Source: a bacterium (GTDB lineage: Bacteria; Hinthialibacterota; Hinthialibacteria; Hinthialibacterales; Hinthialibacteraceae). Taken from it: DNA of 16,773 nt. Shown piece after piece: positions 9,171-16,653 of this stretch. How positions within the stretch are numbered: position 1 is the stretch's first letter; each line of letters opens with the position of its first letter. Position numbers and translations under genes: made by a program. The stretch is taken from positions 1 through 16,773 of the forward strand of contig JBHGBC010000134.1 in the NCBI GenBank assembly GCA_041946805.1, given 5' to 3'. The notes under the pieces were generated by a model. It was not told the DNA's origin and did not search any database. It saw only the letters and a program-made list of their open reading frames with translations.

Positions 9171-9839
9171 TCACCCCGGGGAGGATTCGATCGATTGGGA
9201 ATCGATGGGCACGCCGATCTCTTCCAGGATTTTACCCAGTTCCATCGTCGGGAGCCCGATCACATTGTGATACGATCCTTTCAGATCTCTCACCAGCGTT
9301 TTGCCTAGGCCCTGTATGGCATATGCCCCGGCTTTGTCCATCGGTTCACCCGTCTGGACGTACGCGTCGATCTCATCCTGGGTCAATTCGCGAAAACGGA
9401 CCGCCGTGGAAACCGCCTTGACGATTTCCGTGCCGGACCGCGCGTGATAGACACAAATCCCCGTCCACACTGCATGCACCTGGCCGGATAAGCGGCTGAG
9501 CATGAGGACCGCTTCCGGGAGACTCTTGGGTTTCCCCAGGATCACGTCTTGAATGGCCACCACCGTGTCCGCCCCAATGACCAGGTGATCGGGGAAGAAC
9601 TGCCCCACTTTCACCGCCTTCTCCAGCGCCATCCGGGCCGCATAGGCGTTCGGCCGCTCGCCCATGGGGGGCAGTTCAGCCAACCGGCTGGGAACTACCT
9701 GAAATGCGATATTCAACTTCTCCAAGAGCATCTCGCGCCGGGGCGACTGGCTGGCCAGTATAATCCCCGCAATCCGGGACGCCAATGATTTTTTGGGATT
9801 GCCTGTGGGTTCTTCGATCATGAGCCATCCATTGGCCAT
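9171..9839 (-). CDS. maf: Maf-family nucleoside triphosphate pyrophosphatase (YhdE-type)
   Basis: IILASQSPRR, IGADTVV, ILGKP, EPMDKAGAYAIQG, NVIGLP. Start uncertain (ATG 9839 has AGGA upstream; ATG 9896 possible). Confidence 0.93.
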   Translation of the reverse strand: MANGWLMIEEPTGNPKKSLASRIAGIILASQSPRREMLLEKLNIAFQVVPSRLAELPPMGERPNAYAARMALEKAVKVGQFFPDHLVIGADTVVAIQDVILGKPKSLPEAVLMLSRLSGQVHAVWTGICVYHARSGTEIVKAVSTAVRFRELTQDEIDAYVQTGEPMDKAGAYAIQGLGKTLVRDLKGSYHNVIGLPTMELGKILEEIGVPIDSQSIESSPG

Positions 9840-10154
9840 GTGATTTTCGTTCCTGGGCGTATGCGCCACCCGGAGACCGCCGCGAGCCTTATCCATGAAT
9901 TATACTCATCAAGCCACTGGCGTGCATTCCATCTTGGTTTGGATCACTTCATTATACAAGGGCATATCCCATGCCGAAGGGATTAGTCCGTCCCGGGATG
10001 GCGAGCGCGGTTCACCTCGTGCGCACCACATTACACTTCAATGAAAACGCGATGATGTCCCGGCTGGGAGATGAAAATACCATGAATCCGCCGCATCTCC
10101 CCATTCGCATGCAAAACGCCAAGACTTTTTTGAGGATCAGAGGGATTGTGGGAC

Positions 10155-10183
10155 TTCTCGTTTCAGAAAAGCGTGCTTATACT
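10155..10183 (+). promoter_or_regulatory. Possible sigma70 promoter of tRNA-Ala
   Basis: TATACT at 10178-10183, 14 nt before the tRNA; weak -35 TTCTCG at 10155-10160 with 17-nt spacer. Confidence 0.45.
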
Positions 10184-10197
10184 TTGCTCTATCCAAC

Positions 10198-10270
10198 GGG
10201 GCGCTAGCTCAGCTGGGAGAGCACTACCTTCGCAAGGTAGGGGTCGAGGGTTCGAATCCCTTGCGCTCCA
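10198..10270 (+). tRNA. tRNA-Ala(CGC), 73 nt, CCA not encoded
   Basis: Acceptor stem GGGGCGC/GCGCTCC with G3:U70 alanine determinant and A73; D arm GCTC-AGCTGGGA-GAGC; anticodon arm CTACC-TTCGCAA-GGTAG; T arm with GTTCGAATC. Confidence 0.97.
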
Positions 10271-10321
10271 TGACTGAAAAACCTAGACTTACGACTCGTA
10301 AGATTCCGATAGAAAATTCAA

Positions 10322-10345
10322 ACCCACCCATTTCACCCACCAATT
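10322..10345. repeat. Tandem 11-bp direct repeat, candidate integrase arm-type sites
   Basis: ACCCACCCATT (10322-10332) and ACCCACCAATT (10335-10345), 1 mismatch, about 50 nt inside the element boundary. Confidence 0.5.
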
Positions 10346-10357
10346 CTACTCCAGATC

Positions 10358-10395
10358 AAAAAAAATCCCCCCTGGGGAGGAAATCCAGGGGGGGG
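10358..10395 (-). terminator. Rho-independent terminator of the capsid operon
   Basis: 9-bp GC stem CCCCCCTGG (10367-10375) / CCAGGGGGG (10385-10393) followed on the minus strand by A and 8 T's; about 35 nt after the capsid stop. Confidence 0.85.
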
Positions 10396-10430
10396 CAAAG
10401 ACAGATAGCAGAGACAGAATTGGAGGTACT

Positions 10431-11774
10431 TTATCCTGCCGCGGGAATGATCCCGTCGATGATCACAAACCAGGACGGCCGCGCGAGCATCACATCCGCG
10501 CGCAAAGTTGCTTTGAGCCAGATTTGATGCTGCTTGAAAGCGCTATCGTTGCCCGCGGCCGCATCCCGCGAGACCTCGATGGAAAGCGCGGTACGCATGC
10601 CGATCCATTGCTGCGAGAAGTCGCCCACGAAGGCATCCGAAGCGTTATTGGCCGTTCCCTTTACCAGATTCTTTGGAATCTGATTGGTCGCATATTTTGT
10701 CATGCGGTTCCAGGACTCGGGGGGGGCCAAGGGCTGACCTGTACCCGTCTCCACTAGCCGATCCAAGGTTCCCAATTCCCGCGGATTGAGAATGATCGAG
10801 ATTTCATCCGCTGGCCCATTGGCGGAAAGGATCTTTTCCAGCGCTTCGGAGAACTTGCCGTAGCCGGTCAGGGATCCACCATCCTTGCCCATGTCGACCT
10901 CTTCAACGCCTTCAGTGCCCTTAATGCCCTGCGGCTCTCCGCCCGCCCCCGCACCGTAAAGACAGACGCGGTCCAATTCCAGCGCCAAGGCGTTACTCAA
11001 AGCAGCCTCTAGGATTTCGGCAACATTCTGGCCGTCCTCGATCAATTCTACTGAAGACCGCGCCAAGGCCATGAGCTTTTTGGCCTTCAAGACATACGCG
11101 CCAACGGTCATATCGCCGAAAGTACCGGCCACGTTTTCCGGCACCCAATAGGCCGCGGGATCCGCATCGATCCGCCCGACGGTCAACTCCGCGCTTTCCA
11201 TCGGAATGATCTGCGCGCCGGCTTGGAGTACCCGGGCCTGATTACGCGCCAGGTCGATGATCCTTGCCGACAACGGCGTGGGGACCAGGTAGCCGCCCAC
11301 CGATCCACTCCCGCCGCCCTGCACCCGCTTCTCGGCCTCGGCGCCGGACCAATCGCCTGAAACAATCCCGCGCATCCAGCGCCCGAGATTCAAATCCTCT
11401 TTGCGAATCCCATCCGGCAACTGGAAGTCCAAATGGTCATACAGCCGCGCGCTTTTCGAGAAGCAACGGATTTCCCGGCCATTGGGAGCCTGGATGGTTC
11501 TCACGCCGGCCGCGGCTTGCTTGGCTGTCTCGGTTTTCTTCTCCGCCGGCGGATCCCCGGCCTGGCCCGCGGGAGCGCTCCAGAATTGATCCTGGCGCTT
11601 CTGCCGCTCCTCTTCATCAAGGAAATCCGAAATCGCGGCCAGTTCCTTTTTGATTGCCGCCCACCGGGTCTCTTCCTGCTCGTTGAAATTGCGATTTTCA
11701 CCGCGGACTTTTTCAAGCAGGCCCTTCATCTCAGCCTTCAATTTGTTTCGTTGAATTAACATCTCCGTCAACAT
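10431..11774 (-). CDS. HK97-family major capsid protein with N-terminal coiled-coil delta (scaffold) domain
   Basis: GGYLVPTPLSARIIDLAR, AYWVPEN, KKLMALARSSVELIED, LDRVCLYGAG..EPQGI, AFVGDFSQ, FKQHQIWLKATLRADV. ATG 11774 follows the portal stop, with GAGG 8 nt upstream (447 aa); the track start 11810 overlaps the portal. Confidence 0.95.
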   Translation of the reverse strand: MLTEMLIQRNKLKAEMKGLLEKVRGENRNFNEQEETRWAAIKKELAAISDFLDEEERQKRQDQFWSAPAGQAGDPPAEKKTETAKQAAAGVRTIQAPNGREIRCFSKSARLYDHLDFQLPDGIRKEDLNLGRWMRGIVSGDWSGAEAEKRVQGGGSGSVGGYLVPTPLSARIIDLARNQARVLQAGAQIIPMESAELTVGRIDADPAAYWVPENVAGTFGDMTVGAYVLKAKKLMALARSSVELIEDGQNVAEILEAALSNALALELDRVCLYGAGAGGEPQGIKGTEGVEEVDMGKDGGSLTGYGKFSEALEKILSANGPADEISIILNPRELGTLDRLVETGTGQPLAPPESWNRMTKYATNQIPKNLVKGTANNASDAFVGDFSQQWIGMRTALSIEVSRDAAAGNDSAFKQHQIWLKATLRADVMLARPSWFVIIDGIIPAAG

Positions 11775-11778
11775 TTCT

Positions 11779-13017
11779 TTAACCCTCATCGCCCTTAGGC
11801 GTTTCCCCACCAGAAGTCAAATTCTGGGGGACATAGTAAAAATCCCCGCCCTCTCGGGGATTCATATTTTCGAGGCCCCGGATTTCGTTCGGCGACTTCG
11901 CGCCGCATTGAAACGCCTTCCAGTGGGCCTCCCATCGAGACTTCGCATCCCCGCGAAGCAATCCATCAACATTAAACTTCACTTCGTAAATCTCCCTCTC
12001 AGATTCAGTGAAAAGAGAAATCAAAAGTTGTTGCTCCCAATTGATCAGCCAGGGGCTGAGCGAATAGAGCACAAATTCAAGGCTCATTTGCTCGATGTTG
12101 TTGAAGGTCGCCCGTTCAAGAGACCCAATCATGTGGGGAGGAAGATCGAATATCGCCGCGATTTCTTCTCGATTGAAACGACGCGTCTCGATCCATTGCG
12201 CGTCTTCGGGAGAGATGCCCACCGGCTTGAGTTCCATTCCCTCTTCGAGGACCATCACTTTGTGAGCCTTCTGGTGGCCCGCGTAGGCCTCCTCCAGCGA
12301 ATTTTTAATATTCCCAACCGCCTCTTGGCCCAACTTTCCCGGATGAATCAGCGCAAAACTCGGAGCCAGGCCGCGCTTGTAAAATCCGGCCCCGAAATTC
12401 TGCGCCGCGATCCCCTCGCCGATGGTCTCTCGCGCCGCGCGGATGGGAGACATACCGAGCAAGCCGTCCGTAACCAACCCACGAAGATGAAGAACGTTCT
12501 CCGCCGGCCAGGGGATTTCCTTGCTGCCCTCAAGAAAGTGATACCTGAGGGAATTCCCGGCCAATTCGAAGCGGACACGGTCCGCGGGCATGGGGATAAT
12601 CTCCGACACCCGGCCGGCGTTATCGCGAATGACCTTGGCCACCGCGTTGCCGCGCGCGGTAACGCCAGCCTGCATCATCTGCCGAAATTGATACGAGGTC
12701 ATGTTGCGATTGGGTTGCCGGTGGAGAAGGTAAAAAAGCGGATGCTCGATTGCATGCGCCCGCCCGCCGCGCCCATCTTTTTTGAGCACGTGTAAGGGGA
12801 TTTGCGCCACGGTCCGAGAAATCTTCTGTATGCAGGCAAAGACCGCCGCCAAGCGCATCGCGGATTCTTCCGAGACATAGACTCCGGATCCAGTCTCCAT
12901 GCCGCCGAATAGGCCCAGGAGCGCCGAATCCCCACTGGCCAGGCTCCAGCCGCGGTAAGCCTGGATCCCCGCGGTAATCGCGCCCTTCAGCCTGGAAAAA
13001 CGTTTTTGTTTTTTCAT
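11779..13017 (-). CDS. HK97-family phage portal protein
   Basis: ESAMRLAAVFACIQKISRTVAQIPLHV, HPLFYLLHRQPN, VLHLRG..GMSPI, VLEEGM, DAQWIETRRFNREEIAAIFDLPPHMIG, TFNNIEQ, PNEIRGLENMNPREGGD; GAGGA SD. Confidence 0.97.
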   Translation of the reverse strand: MKKQKRFSRLKGAITAGIQAYRGWSLASGDSALLGLFGGMETGSGVYVSEESAMRLAAVFACIQKISRTVAQIPLHVLKKDGRGGRAHAIEHPLFYLLHRQPNRNMTSYQFRQMMQAGVTARGNAVAKVIRDNAGRVSEIIPMPADRVRFELAGNSLRYHFLEGSKEIPWPAENVLHLRGLVTDGLLGMSPIRAARETIGEGIAAQNFGAGFYKRGLAPSFALIHPGKLGQEAVGNIKNSLEEAYAGHQKAHKVMVLEEGMELKPVGISPEDAQWIETRRFNREEIAAIFDLPPHMIGSLERATFNNIEQMSLEFVLYSLSPWLINWEQQLLISLFTESEREIYEVKFNVDGLLRGDAKSRWEAHWKAFQCGAKSPNEIRGLENMNPREGGDFYYVPQNLTSGGETPKGDEG

Positions 13018-13072
13018 TCTCTTTCCTCGAAATTACAGAGCCTGTAACTTCACTCTGCAAAAAAAACGGCCA

Positions 13073-13516
13073 TCAAGCAACTCGCTTGCGCAATCGCCTT
13101 ACTTCTTCATAGACCGCCTCGATGGTCTTATTCTGAATCGCGTTTGTGACCTCTTCTTTCGTCGCTTCAAAGGCTGGCCGCATGAATGGCTGGGCTGGCA
13201 TAGGGCCGGTTGATTTCCCCGATTTGGTCTCCCGGCCAGGGGATCCAAACTCCACCAGGTGGCCATATCGGACCTTACGGTAATCAATTCCCACACTCAC
13301 ATGAGTAGTTTCCGGCGTTCCTCTGTGCCGCTTGACTTGGATCGCCTTCCGCAATCTTCCGGTCTTCACCGGGCATAACTCCCGCGCCCTGGCCCGGATC
13401 ACCACTCCACCCGCGTACAATGCCTTACGATGGACGTTTTTCAGCCGGCCGGCTTTCCCGAGTTGCGCAAAAGACGCCTGGATTTCTCTCCAGCCCCTCA
13501 TTTCGATGTTCAACAT
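13073..13516 (-). CDS. HK97-gp10-like tail completion (neck/tail) protein
   Basis: ARELCPVKTGRLRKAI, YGHLVEFG, MPAQPFMRPAFE: the PvdTGxLrxsI / YxxxVEFG / PFMRPA signature of the family. Confidence 0.9.
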   Translation of the reverse strand: MLNIEMRGWREIQASFAQLGKAGRLKNVHRKALYAGGVVIRARARELCPVKTGRLRKAIQVKRHRGTPETTHVSVGIDYRKVRYGHLVEFGSPGRETKSGKSTGPMPAQPFMRPAFEATKEEVTNAIQNKTIEAVYEEVRRLRKRVA

Positions 13517-13526
13517 GCTTTTGATC

Positions 13527-14117
13527 CTATCCTAGAATTTCCAATTCCTTCTCTTTGTAGAAAAGCGCCAGGTCGTCTTTTTTGGCAATCCGCCGCGCGC
13601 CTTCCGCCGCGGTCTCCGCCAGCGCCCGGGATACTTGCGCCTCGGTCGCGGAGTATGCCGGCCAGGTCACCAACGAAACATCAACCAGGTCCACATCGAG
13701 CAGCGCCCGAAAGAGTTCCCCGCCTTCCTCCCACCACTCATCTTTGATAGTCCGGAAAGCGAAGCTCATTTGATCAATGTAGCCGCGGCGAACCAGTTCC
13801 ACCGCATCGCGCGCGGTCTGGGTCTCGGGGGGGTCGATCCTGACCTTCAAACCCTTCTCATCCTCGGCTAGCCGTAAGGTCTTATTGGCCACCCGGCCCA
13901 GCGTGTAGAGACCACCCGCATGTTCGATCACCGCCCGGACATCCACGCCGGCCGCAAGGGACCGCGCGAAAGCGCCTGGCCGAACGAACTCGTAAAAGCC
14001 GCCCAAGTTTTCAGACCTTGAGTTGAAGATCGCCGCGTAGCCCGTTATCCGCGGCCGCTCTCCCGCCCGTATCACTCGAAACGCGCCAGGTTGTTTACGC
14101 CTTTCAACTTTGTTCAT
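13527..14117 (-). CDS. HK97-family prohead maturation protease
   Basis: ITGYAAIFNSRSENLGGFYEFVRPGAF, catalytic His (AVIEHA), LRLAEDEKGL, catalytic Ser (DQMSFAF), DVSLVTWPAY. Start ATG 14117 or GTG 14132. Confidence 0.95.
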   Translation of the reverse strand: MNKVERRKQPGAFRVIRAGERPRITGYAAIFNSRSENLGGFYEFVRPGAFARSLAAGVDVRAVIEHAGGLYTLGRVANKTLRLAEDEKGLKVRIDPPETQTARDAVELVRRGYIDQMSFAFRTIKDEWWEEGGELFRALLDVDLVDVSLVTWPAYSATEAQVSRALAETAAEGARRIAKKDDLALFYKEKELEILG

Positions 14118-14125
14118 ATCCGTAC

Positions 14126-14232
14126 ATTTCACCTATGAAATATTTCATAGAAAAAAACTTAATTTCACTCGCGCATGGCTGCGTGGCCGGTCTAGGCCCG
14201 CGGGCTGAAGAGATTTCACCCCCCCTCCCCCC
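14126..14232 (-). other. Candidate cos packaging region (HK97-like 3'-cos layout)
   Basis: Minus strand GGGGGGAGGGGGGGTGAAATCTCT..TAGACCG-GCCACGCAGC-CATGCGCGAGTGAAATTAAGTTTTTTT resembles the G-tract/AAATC..GACCG..CGCG..GAAAT layout I recall around cos sites of HK97-like phages. It carries repeated GTGAAAT heptamers. Pattern recognition only. Confidence 0.6.
14133..14150. repeat. Perfect 18-bp palindrome CTATGAAATATTTCATAG
   Basis: Read directly; abuts the translation start region of the protease gene. Confidence 0.9.
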
Positions 14233-14251
14233 GCGGCCGCGGCCGGCCGGA

Positions 14252-16138
14252 TCAGACCACGCCATGCGCCGCGCGGAGGGACAGCAGCATCTCCTCCGCC
14301 ACCTGGATCCCCGCGCGCCGCCAGGTCCCGGCCTGATTGGCATCACCCACATTGACTTCCACATGTTCTACTACAAAATTAGATGATCGATCATTAACGT
14401 TGTGATCACCCTGCGCGGCCAGCATCCGCATTCCAGGGACATCAGGAATGATCCGCCCTGGCATCTCCGGCACGAACAACTCTTTCCCCCGCTCGCCCAC
14501 CATGTAGGCCGTCCCTGCCTCTACTGCCCCGCCGGTTGCCCTGAATCCGCCGAATGAAAACAATTCCGACGGCCCACCCAGCACGCTCTGTCCTAGCCAT
14601 GAAGCCAGTGGCCCGGTAATCTGCTGCCGGACAAAGATCCGCGTAATGTCCGCGCGGATGGAATCGATGAATGTTTTGAAGTCCATCTTCGCGGTCATGA
14701 AGAACTCGGTAAGAGTGTCCTCCAATCCGCGGAATGCGTTGGTGAACGCCTCATGGAAATTCTTGGCCGCATCCTTGGCCGCGTCCGCATACTCGGCCAG
14801 GCCGACAATCGCGCCGTTGACCCACTCGCGCGTAGCCATCATGATTTCCATCGTTGCCCGTCGAAGGTCCTCAAACGCCGCAGCCAGCGCCCGCGCGTGG
14901 ACCTCTCCGCTGATCATCCCTCGGGAGAGTAGTTCATCAAATTCTTTCACCTGGGCTGCATATTTTGCCTTTGGATCGAATTCGAAAGTCAGCCGCTCGG
15001 CCAAGCCCGCCAGATAGCGATTGCGCGCCTGGGTTTCCTTTTCAAGATCCTTGAGAACCTTATCCAAGCCCTTCCAATCGCGCGGATCCTCGATGGCCTT
15101 GTCAACCGCATCGCCCATCACTGGAGGGATGGTAATCGTTTGGCTACGCGACGCCTGGCCTATCAATTCCTTCATGTGGGCCGCATCCAGTGTACCTGGA
15201 GGAAGTCCATAGACAACTTCGTAATTGATATGCGCCATGCGCCGGAAGAATTCATCCAGGCCGATCCCCGCGGCAACCAGCCCGCTCACGCTCATTTGAA
15301 GAGATTGCGTAAAGTTGCGAAGTACGCCCCCCAACAGGAATCCCGTGGTCGCGGCTTTGCCGGAGTTGATCATTTCCTCGTTGAACTTCGCGAGTTGATC
15401 CGCGGCATCCGCCACCGCCTGGGTGAAGCCACCCTCTCCGATCGCGAAAGCCAGCCGAGAGAATGAATCCTCGAGGTAGCTCAACCTGCCGGGAAGACCT
15501 TCCATCTGACGATCCATCGCGCCGGCGAAGTCCGTCTCCCCGATCCGGATCAAGTATTCCTGGATGGCATCCGCGTTGCGCGCCACCTCCGTTGTAACGC
15601 CCCGGAAGGTGAATTGGACCTTGTCGCCCTCCTGCTTGGCCTTGATACCGAACTCCTTGAGCCTCTCCATCTCGCCGGTGGACGCGTCCGCGACCGCCTC
15701 GATCATCTGGGTCATCGATTTCCCCATTGCCGATGCCGTGTTTCCATACGACTCCATCGCGCGCGTGGAAGGATCCAAACCCAGCGCCTTGAGCTTGATG
15801 AACGCCTGGATGGATTGCTCCAGGCTGAAAGGCGTTTTTCCGGCGAAGTCCATCAGCCGCTGCATCGCCGCGGCCGCCGCCTCAACGGAGCCGGTTACGG
15901 TCCGGAGTGAACCCTTCATGGATTCAAGGTCCCTGTTCTGCTCGATCAGGCTGCGGAAAAGCCGCGCCCCGCCTATGGCCGCGAACGCGCTTGTCAAATA
16001 AGCCCGGAAGCGGCTGGCCTCATTTCTCATCCTTCCAAGAGAGGAAGAAAATTGCCCGGTGACTTGGCGCATCTCCGCGTGGAATTGCGCGGTCTCGGCC
16101 TTCAGATCAACGATAACTTGCCCAGCAACCGCCGCCAT
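14252..16138 (-). CDS. Phage tail tape measure protein, 628 aa
   Basis: N-terminus MAAVAGQVIVDLKAETAQF; tape-measure N-domain (FAGKTPFSLEQSIQAFIKLKALGLDP..GEMERLKEFGI); lambda-type C-domain (GLAEYADAA..AFTNAFRGLEDTLTEF..DFKTFIDSIRADITRI); FRATGGAV..YMVGERGKELFVP motif; AAGGGG SD. Confidence 0.93.
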   Translation of the reverse strand: MAAVAGQVIVDLKAETAQFHAEMRQVTGQFSSSLGRMRNEASRFRAYLTSAFAAIGGARLFRSLIEQNRDLESMKGSLRTVTGSVEAAAAAMQRLMDFAGKTPFSLEQSIQAFIKLKALGLDPSTRAMESYGNTASAMGKSMTQMIEAVADASTGEMERLKEFGIKAKQEGDKVQFTFRGVTTEVARNADAIQEYLIRIGETDFAGAMDRQMEGLPGRLSYLEDSFSRLAFAIGEGGFTQAVADAADQLAKFNEEMINSGKAATTGFLLGGVLRNFTQSLQMSVSGLVAAGIGLDEFFRRMAHINYEVVYGLPPGTLDAAHMKELIGQASRSQTITIPPVMGDAVDKAIEDPRDWKGLDKVLKDLEKETQARNRYLAGLAERLTFEFDPKAKYAAQVKEFDELLSRGMISGEVHARALAAAFEDLRRATMEIMMATREWVNGAIVGLAEYADAAKDAAKNFHEAFTNAFRGLEDTLTEFFMTAKMDFKTFIDSIRADITRIFVRQQITGPLASWLGQSVLGGPSELFSFGGFRATGGAVEAGTAYMVGERGKELFVPEMPGRIIPDVPGMRMLAAQGDHNVNDRSSNFVVEHVEVNVGDANQAGTWRRAGIQVAEEMLLSLRAAHGVV

Positions 16139-16172
16139 GATTCTTCCCCTTCAAAAGCGTTTTTACGACAGG

Positions 16173-16260
16173 TCGACACTTGTCGTCACGATTTTGTAGT
16201 TGAGCCCTCGCACGCGCGCGTGTAAGCGTTTAATCCAGAACTCGCGTCGGCAAGTGTCGA
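16173..16260. repeat. Dyad-symmetric module 1 (origin-like)
   Basis: Arms TCGACACTTG (16173-16182) / CAAGTGTCGA (16251-16260), extendable to 19 bp with 3 mismatches, centred exactly on palindrome CACGCGCGCGTG (16211-16222). Confidence 0.8.
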
Positions 16261-16653
16261 ACCGTCGACATTTTGAATCGTAATCACAATTTGCCCACCG
16301 ATTGAAATTTGTATCATTGTAGAAATTTGCTGAGTTGCTGAAGATTTAAGGCTCTCGTGACGCGTGACGCGTTGTGACGCGGTTTTGGGATTGACGCCTC
16401 GCACGCGCGCGTGTATAGCGCTTATATCGGAATTCGCATCACCACGCGTCACTGGCATAAACGCGTCACTTAAGATTGATTCAGAAGAATCTGTAGCTAA
16501 AATCAATATTCCAAGCCATTTACGATCTAAACGACTTCGCGTTAAAGTGATTCCCGCTCTCTTTGCCAATTTCGAAATATGAATCTTCGAAGCCGCGGAA
16601 AAGCCCTTTTCCCGGCAAAAATCCAGGTACTTTTCATAGGCTTTGGAAACCAA
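16186..16653 (-). pseudogene. Probable C-terminal winged-helix fragment of a P4/D5-type primase-helicase (or a small stand-alone DNA-binding protein)
   Basis: (KVAGAEI)LVSKAYEKYLDFCREKGFSAASKIHISKLAKRAGITLTRSRLDRKWLGILIL resembles the 'lY..Y..wC...G....s...f...l...G....r....r.w.Gi.l' end of these enzymes. The resemblance starts upstream of the TTG, an in-frame TGA lies at 16717-16719, and the distal half of the ORF simply reads through the dyad modules. Confidence 0.5.
16357..16470. repeat. Dyad-symmetric module 2 with GTGACGC iteron-like repeats (origin-like)
   Basis: GTGACGC at 16357, 16364, 16374; inverted GCGTCAC at 16446, 16463 and GCATCAC at 16436; 18-bp inverted repeat with 2 mismatches (16364-16381 / 16435-16452) around CACGCGCGCGTG (16402-16413). 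Confidence 0.8.

Noticed and set aside
11908..12795. 295-aa plus-strand ORF
   Set aside because: Antisense to the portal gene; no motifs.
14104..14386. 86-aa and 83-aa ORFs across the cos-like region as terminase small subunit or HNH nuclease
   Set aside because: Both overlap the tape measure gene end, lack HNH or TerS features and simply translate the G-tract and repeats.
10431..16138. Gene transfer agent or encapsulin locus
   Set aside because: RcGTA-type clusters keep terminase and full tail genes in canonical order, and encapsulins lack portal and tape measure genes; the tRNA junction and cos/origin-like sites favour a mobile element.
16173..16470. Repeats as a CRISPR array or transposon ends
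   Set aside because: Only two core copies 191 nt apart with dyad arms; no regular repeat-spacer period, no cas gene or transposase.
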